A DNA stretch of 64,000 bases, from positions 62,001 to 126,000 of the forward strand of contig JAUCBJ010000187.1 in assembly GCA_032718475.1 (NCBI GenBank), given 5' to 3'. The notes below the pieces were generated by a model. It saw only the letters and a program-made list of their open reading frames with translations, had not been told where the DNA came from and ran no database searches. This DNA comes from Nemertoderma westbladi (taxonomy: Eukaryota > Animalia > Xenacoelomorpha). Shown piece after piece: positions 57,570-64,000 of the stretch (positions are counted from its first letter, which is position 1; each line of letters begins with the position of its first letter). A program made the position numbers and the translations under genes.

Positions 57570-58102
57570 TATATCAGGAACGATCCAAGGCAGTGTCTTG
57601 GGGCCGCTATTATTTTTAATTTATATCAATGATCTACCCGAGCTAATACCAAATGTATCCTGCAAATTATTTGCGGATGACTTAAAGTTGCACGCGATAT
57701 CAAGCGATAGTGATTTGCTACACGGCGCACTGCGTATACTGGAAAGCTGGACAGCCGGTTGGCAACTAAACATAGCGGCTCATAAGTGCAAGCTGCAAAA
57801 GCTTTCAAAATTGCAAACTTAATTTTCAGGTGCTTTCAGACTAGTAACTTGAGTGCTTTATTAACGGCTTACAAATCCTATGTGAAACCGCTTGTAGAAT
57901 ATTTTACACCGGTGTGGTCCCCTTTCCATCTGAGTTCTATAGATTTAATATAATAGAAATAGTGCACCCTTACTTTACACGTAGACTATTTGCTCGATGT
58001 GGACTCAGTAGCCGAAGTTATCTGGAACGTTTACAATATTTAACTTTACCACCGTTAGAATTACGTAGGATTGTTTACGAATTAAAGATGACTTATTGCA
58101 TT
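57570..58102 (+). pseudogene. CR1-like LINE RT fragment
   Basis: QGSVLGPLLFLIYINDL, LFADDLKL, W..WQL, YLERLQYL..LELRR. Confidence 0.8.
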
Positions 58103-60406
58103 AACATTGCACCTAGCGGTAGAAAAGTAGACAGAGTAGAACAGCTAACATTGCACCTAGCGGTAGAAAAGTAGACAGAGTAGAACAGCTAACATTGCAC
58201 CTAGCGGTAGAAAAGTAGACAGAGTAGAACATCTAACATTGCACCTAGCGGTAGAAAAGTAGACCGAGTAGAACAGCTAACATTGCACCTAGCGGTTGAA
58301 AAGTAGACAGAGTAGAACATTTAACATTGCACCTAGCGGTAGAAAAGTAGACAGAGTAGAACAGCTAACATTGCACCTATCGGTAGAAAAGTAGACAGAG
58401 TAGAACAGCTAACATTGCACCTATCGGTAGAAAAGTAGACAGAGTAGAACAGCTAACATTGCACCTAGCTGTGGAAAAATAGAAAAAGTAGAACAGCTAA
58501 CATTGCACATATCGGTAGAAAAGTAGACCGAGTAGAACAGCTAACATTGCACCTACCGGTAGAAAAGTAGAGCGAGTAGAACAGCTAACATTGCACCTAT
58601 AGGTAGAAAAGTTGACTGAGTAGAACAGCTAACATTGCACATATCGGTAGAAAAGTAGACAGAGTAGAACAGCCAACATTGCACCTAGCGGTAGAAAAGT
58701 AGACAGAGTAGAACAGCTAACATTGCACCTATAGGTAGAAAAGTAGACATAGTAGAATAGCTAACATTACACCTATCGGTAGAAAAGTAGACCGAGTAGA
58801 ACAGCTAACATTGCACCTATCGGTAGAAAAGTAGACATAGTAGAACAGCTAACATTGCACCTAGCGGTAGAAAAGTAGACCGAGTAGAACAGCTAACATT
58901 GCACCTACCGGTAGAAAAGTAGAGCGAGTAGAACAGCTAACATTGCACCTATAGGTAGAAAAGTAGACCGAGTAGAACAGCTAACATTGCACATATCGGT
59001 AGAAAAGTAGACCGAGTAGAACAGCTAACATTGCACCTACCGGTAGAAAAGTAGAGCGAGTAGAACAGCTAACATTGCACCTAGCGGTAGAAAAGTAGAC
59101 AGAGTAGAACAGCTAACATTGCACCTAGCGGTAGAAAAGTAGACAGAGTAGAACAGCTAACATTGCACCTAGCGGTAGAAAAGTAGACAGAGTAGAACAT
59201 CTAACATTGCACCTAGCGGTAGAAAAGTAGACAGAGTAGAACAGCTAACATTGTACCTATCGGTAGAAAAGTAGACCGAGTAGAACAGCTAACATTGCAC
59301 CTATAGGTAGAAAAGTAGACCGAGTAGAACAGCTAACATTGCACCTAGCGGTAGAAAAGTAGACAGAGTAAAACAGCTAACATTGCACCTAGCGGTAGAA
59401 AAGTAGACAGAGTAGAACAGCTAACATTGCACCTACCGGTAGAAAAGTAGAGCGAGTAGAACAGCTAACATTGCACCTATAGGTAGAAAAGTAGACCGAG
59501 TAGAACAGCTAACATTGCACCTAGCGGTAGAAAAGTAGACAGAGTAGAACAGCTAACATTGTACCTATCGGTAGAAAAGTAGACCGAGTAGAACAGCTAA
59601 CATTGCACCTATAGGTAGAAAAGTAGACCGAGTAGAACAGCTAACATTGCACCTAGCGGTAGAAAAGTAGACAGAGTAGAACAGCTAACATTGCACCTAG
59701 CGGTAGAAAAGTAGACCGAGTAGAACAGCTAACATTGCACCTATAGGTAGAAAAGTAGACCGAGTAGAACAGCTAACATTGCACATATCGGTAGAAAAGT
59801 AGACCGAGTAGAACAGCTAACATTGCACCTACCGGTAGAAAAGTAGAGCGAGTAGAACAGCTAACATTGCACCTAGCGGTAGAAAAGTAGACAGAGTAGA
59901 ACAGCTAACATTGCACCTAGCGGTAGAAAAGTAGACAGAGTAGAACAGCTAACATTGCACCTAGCGGTAGAAATGTAGACAGAGTAGAACATCTAACATT
60001 GCACCTAGCGGTAGAAAAGTAGACCGAGTAGAACAGCTAACATTGCACCTACCGGTAGAAAAGTAGAAAAAGTAGAACAGCTAACATTGCACCTAGCGGT
60101 AGAAAAGTAGACATAGTAGAACAGCTAACATTGCACCTAGCGGTAGAAAAGTAGACAGAGTAGAACAGCTAACATTGCACCAAGCGGTAGAAAAGTAGAC
60201 AGAGTAGAACAGCTAACATTGCACCTATCGGTAGAAAAGTAGGCAGAGTAGAACAGCTAACCTTACACCTAGCGGTAGAAAAGTAGACAGAGTAGAAGAG
60301 CCAACAAGCACCTATCGGTAGGTAGCTAGACAATGTAGAACAGCCAATATTGGACCTAGTGGGGTAGAAAAGTTGATGTAGTTAGAAAAAGTAGAACAGC
60401 CAACAT
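58103..60406. repeat. 44-bp tandem array (~50 units)
   Basis: AACATTGCACCTAGCGGTAGAAAAGTAGACAGAGTAGAACAGCT at 58103, 58147, 58191 and onward; degenerates after ~60290. Confidence 0.97.
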
Positions 60407-60527
60407 TTGACATTTACAACAATTAAAACATTAATAAAACTTTTTGTATAGTTAACTTAACAATAATATTATATTTTTAATATGAATATGAATTCATATA
60501 ATGTAATTATACAATATACATATATAT

Positions 60528-60993
60528 TAGGGAGGGATGTTGCGAATGTCATATTTATAACACCCGCGGATGCAGATGCGGATGCAGATGTCTGAGGTGA
60601 CATCCGCACGGATGCGGCTGCGGATGCGGATATCTATTAAAACATATATAATTTTGCCTGGCCTCCCTTTTACATCAAAGTTATACCAGCATTTTAATAT
60701 TATATTCTAATCTTATATTAATAAACTAACAAGAGTCTAAGGTTATAGAACAGAATGGGACATAATATAACTAAACAATAATACAACAAACATTTTTTAT
60801 ATTGTTCCCGCCATCGAGTGTTAGTGTATACTGTATGAAAAGTAATTATTATTGAAAATGTAATTAAGTGGTTGCTGGGCCTTCAGACAGGATGCTTGAA
60901 TAGTGCATGTAACATCCGCATGTCACATCCGCCCGCATGCCATGGGTGCGGATGCGGATGCGAAAAATCATGCGGACATTCGCCACATCCCTA
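60528..60993. mobile_element. hAT (Ac-like) MITE
   Basis: TAGGG..GATGTTGCGAATGTC / GACATTCGCCACATCCCTA termini; 8-bp ATATATAT flanks; subterminal GCGGAT repeats. Confidence 0.8.
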
Positions 60994-61514
60994 ATATATA
61001 TAATATAATATAATGTAGTAATATATTTTATTCCCAAATTGTAACATTACTCAACGCTGTTAGTATTAACAGCGAGTTGTAATTTAGCATTTTACAACTT
61101 TAGAGGTCATTACAGTATTGTATTGGCCTGTACATTTAGTATTATTTTAGTGTTGTACAGTAATGTCCCTTGTTTATGTGGTAACCAATGACGGCGAGCT
61201 GTAAAGTTACGGCCTCATTGGTTACCACGCAAACAATAGGTGGTATTTATTAATAATTGCCTGACAGCCAGATAGGCCTACTGCATTACCTACCGGTAGC
61301 TAATAATAACCAGTAGCTGAAAACTATTAACATGGCTCCAAACGCCACCATAAATATAAGCTAACTTATTTATAACATAATTTATGTCATTTTTACATTT
61401 ATTTATACAGCAACTAATATAATTTGTGCAGTTTCTATCACTTATAATATATGTACAATCATTTCGTAATGTTAAAATTTTGGAATAAAACTACATACAT
61501 ACTTGTTGCAAAGT

Positions 61515-61610
61515 ACTTTACAGTGTTCTGATCCTCATGGCTTTATTTTCACTCACTCACTAACGTTGGTTCGTGTAACAAAGCCACTCGGATCATCACA
61601 CTGTAAAGTG
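61515..61610. repeat. Small imperfect inverted-repeat element
   Basis: ACTTTACAGTG..TGATCC..TGGCTTT / AAAGCCA..GGATCA..CACTGTAAAGT. Confidence 0.55.
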
Positions 61611-62304
61611 CTACTTTACACACATGTATGTAAATAGTTAGAAATAATATAAAGTACCGGACCTGACCGGTACAAATAATAGCGTGATATAAACAGGTAT
61701 ATGCCATTGATACCGCGTTAGACGTCGCGTATCAAACAAATTTAACTAACCTGCGATGAATTGAATATGTTTAGCGATGACGCTAATTATATTGCTGTTG
61801 AAGAGCTTGAGATACTGATTGGACAAGGTGTAGGCGGTGTTTAGCCGGGAGTCTAGTTCGTGGTCCAGCTCATTAAAGTGTCTCAAATAAATGCGGCCAT
61901 ATTGAGACCATCTACGGGTGCCTATAGAGGAGAAAGAAATAAAGTTGCAAGGAATTATTTATTGTCATTGAATTTTTATTGTATTTCTGTAACTCGGGTT
62001 TGTAGCTTTGGATAATACAAACTGTCTGAAACGAATGTATTAGAGTGCGTACCATTTCCAAAGCGCCATGACCCCCCCCCCCCCCCCCCCAATATATCTA
62101 AACTTTTACTAGATTTACCTTGCAACAAGTATTAATTCATGTGCGGCATTCTTTACAAATTTATTTGCGCACCCCGACTGCGCACGTCGCCGAATGTCGC
62201 ACTGCCTCAAAGTATGGGAGGCCAGACGATTGTCGACACAGCAGCCAAAGAATACGCGTTGTAGCATTTAGTTCATTAAGATTAGTTTAGAACTAACCGA
62301 TGAT

Positions 62305-64000
62305 CGATGGATGGGTCCCGTTTGTAACTAACCGAGTAGCGATCGGTCCCGTTTATAACTAACTAACCGAGTAGCGATCGGTCCCGTTTGTAAATAACTA
62401 ACCGAGTAGCAATGGGTCCCGTTTGTAACTAACCGAGTAACGATCGGTCCCGTTTGTAACTAACCGAGTAGCGATCGGTCCCGTTTGTAACTAACCGAGT
62501 AGCGATCGGTCCCGTTTGTAACTAACTAACCGAGTAGCGATCAGTCCCGTTTGTAACTAACCGAGTAGAGATGGGTCCCGTTTGTAACTAACCGAGTAGA
62601 GATGGGTCCCGTTTGTAACTAACCGAGTAGCGATGGGTCCCGTTTGTAACTAACTGAGTAGCGATCGGTCCCGTTTGTAACTAACCGAGTAGCGACGGGT
62701 CCCGTTTGTAACTAACCGAGTAGCGATCGGTCCCGTTTGTAACTAACCGAGTAGCGATGGGTCCCGTTTGTAACTAACCGAGTAGCGACGGGTCCCGTTT
62801 GTAACTAACTAACCGAGTAGCGATGGGTCCTGTTTGTAACTAACCGAGTAGCTATCGATCCCGTTTGTAACTAACCGAGTAGCGATGGGTCCCGTTTGTA
62901 ACTAACCGAGTAGCGACGGGTCCCGTTTGTAACTAACCGAGTAGAGATGGGTCCCGTTTGTAACTAACCGAGTAGCGATGGGTCCCGTTTGTAACTAACC
63001 GAGTAGCGACGGGTCCCGTTTGTAACTAACCGAGTAGCGATCGGTCCCGTTTGTAACTAACTAACCGAGTAGCGATGGGTCCTGTTTGTAACTAACCGAG
63101 TAGCGATCGGTCCCGTTTGTAACTAACCGAGTAGCGATCGGTCCCGTTTGTAACTAACTAACGGAGTAGCGATGGGTCCCTTTTGTAACTAACCGAGTAG
63201 CGATCGGTCCCGTTTGTAACTAACCGAGTAGCGACGGGTCCCGTTTGTAACTAACCGAATAGCATATCGGTCCCGTTTGTAACTAACCGAGTAGCGATCG
63301 GTCCCGTTTGTAACTAACCGAGTAGCGACGGGTCATGTTTGTAACTAACCGAATAGTGATCGGTCCCGTTTGTAACTAACTAACCGAGTAGCGATGTGTC
63401 CTGTTTGTAACTAACTGAGTAGCGATCGGTCCCGTTTGTAACTAACCGAGTAGCGATCGGTCCCGTTTATAACTAACCGAGTAGCGACGGGTCCCGTTTG
63501 TAACTAACCGAGTAGCGATGGGTCCCTTTTGTAACTAACCGAGTAGCGATCGGTCCCGTTTGTAACTAACCGAGTAGCGACGGGTCCCGTTTGTAACTAA
63601 CCGAATAGCATATCGGTCCCGTTTGTAACTAACCGAGTAGCGATCGGTCCCGTTTGTAACTAACCGAGTAGCGACGGGTCATGTTTGTAACTAACCGAAT
63701 AGTGATCGGTCCCGTTTGTAACTAACTAACCGAGTAGCGATGTGTCCTGTTTGTAACTAACTGAGTAGCGATCGGTCCCGTTTGTAACTAACCGAGTAGC
63801 GATCGGTCCCGTTTATAACTAACCGAGTAGCGACGGGTCCCGTTTGTAACTAACCGAGTAGCGATCGGTCCCGTTTGTAACTAACTAACCGAGTAGCGAT
63901 GGGTCCTGTTTGTAACTAACCGAGTAGCGATCGGTCCCGTTTGTAACTAACCGAGTAGCGATCGGTCCCGTTTGTAACTAACCGAGTAGCGATCGGTCCC
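62305..64000. repeat. 31-bp tandem array (some 35-bp variants), runs past the window end
   Basis: CGATCGGTCCCGTTTGTAACTAACCGAGTAG repeated over 50 times. Confidence 0.97.

Noticed and set aside
58103-60406. Possible CRISPR array
   Set aside because: Head-to-tail monomers with no unique spacers, no cas genes, eukaryotic transposon context
61170-61238. Short inverted repeat (GTGGTAACCAATGA / TCATTGGTTACCAC)
   Set aside because: Probably the core of a small MITE relic; boundaries cannot be defined
62305-64000. Possible CRISPR array or telomeric repeat
   Set aside because: Contiguous 31/35-bp monomers without spacers; not a recognised telomere unit

Overview
Eukaryotic (probably invertebrate animal), AT-rich region made almost entirely of transposons and repeats; I found no host gene. 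It is dominated by BEL/Pao LTR retrotransposons. (A1) is a near-complete minus-strand element (<1-16268) with ~1.9-kb LTRs, gag, pol and a third ORF. A1 sits inside an older plus-strand copy of its own family (A2, 16269-20805), which in turn sits inside a second family (B, 20806-25708). (D) is a degenerate remnant (30467-33768). (C) is a young non-autonomous B-family element (40871-54077, TSD AAAAT) with a solo LTR inside it. The right end holds nested LINE fragments (an RTE inserted into a CR1/L2-like LINE), a hAT MITE, and 44-bp and 31-bp tandem arrays. Main observations: (1) both BEL/Pao families carry, where env would be, a homologous non-Env protein (~880 codons in B) with three CCHC-type zinc knuckles and a basic tail, with signs of purifying selection; (2) family A carries a 20-nt quasi-palindromic motif (GGAAGACTCGCGAGCCTTTC) nine times in one orientation across gag, pol and the UTRs, in different reading frames; (3) family A LTRs start with TA and contain a tRNA-like Pol III cassette; (4) neither A1 nor C has a canonical tRNA primer-binding site, and both have a hairpin there instead. 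All coordinates and identities were read by eye, with no database searches.
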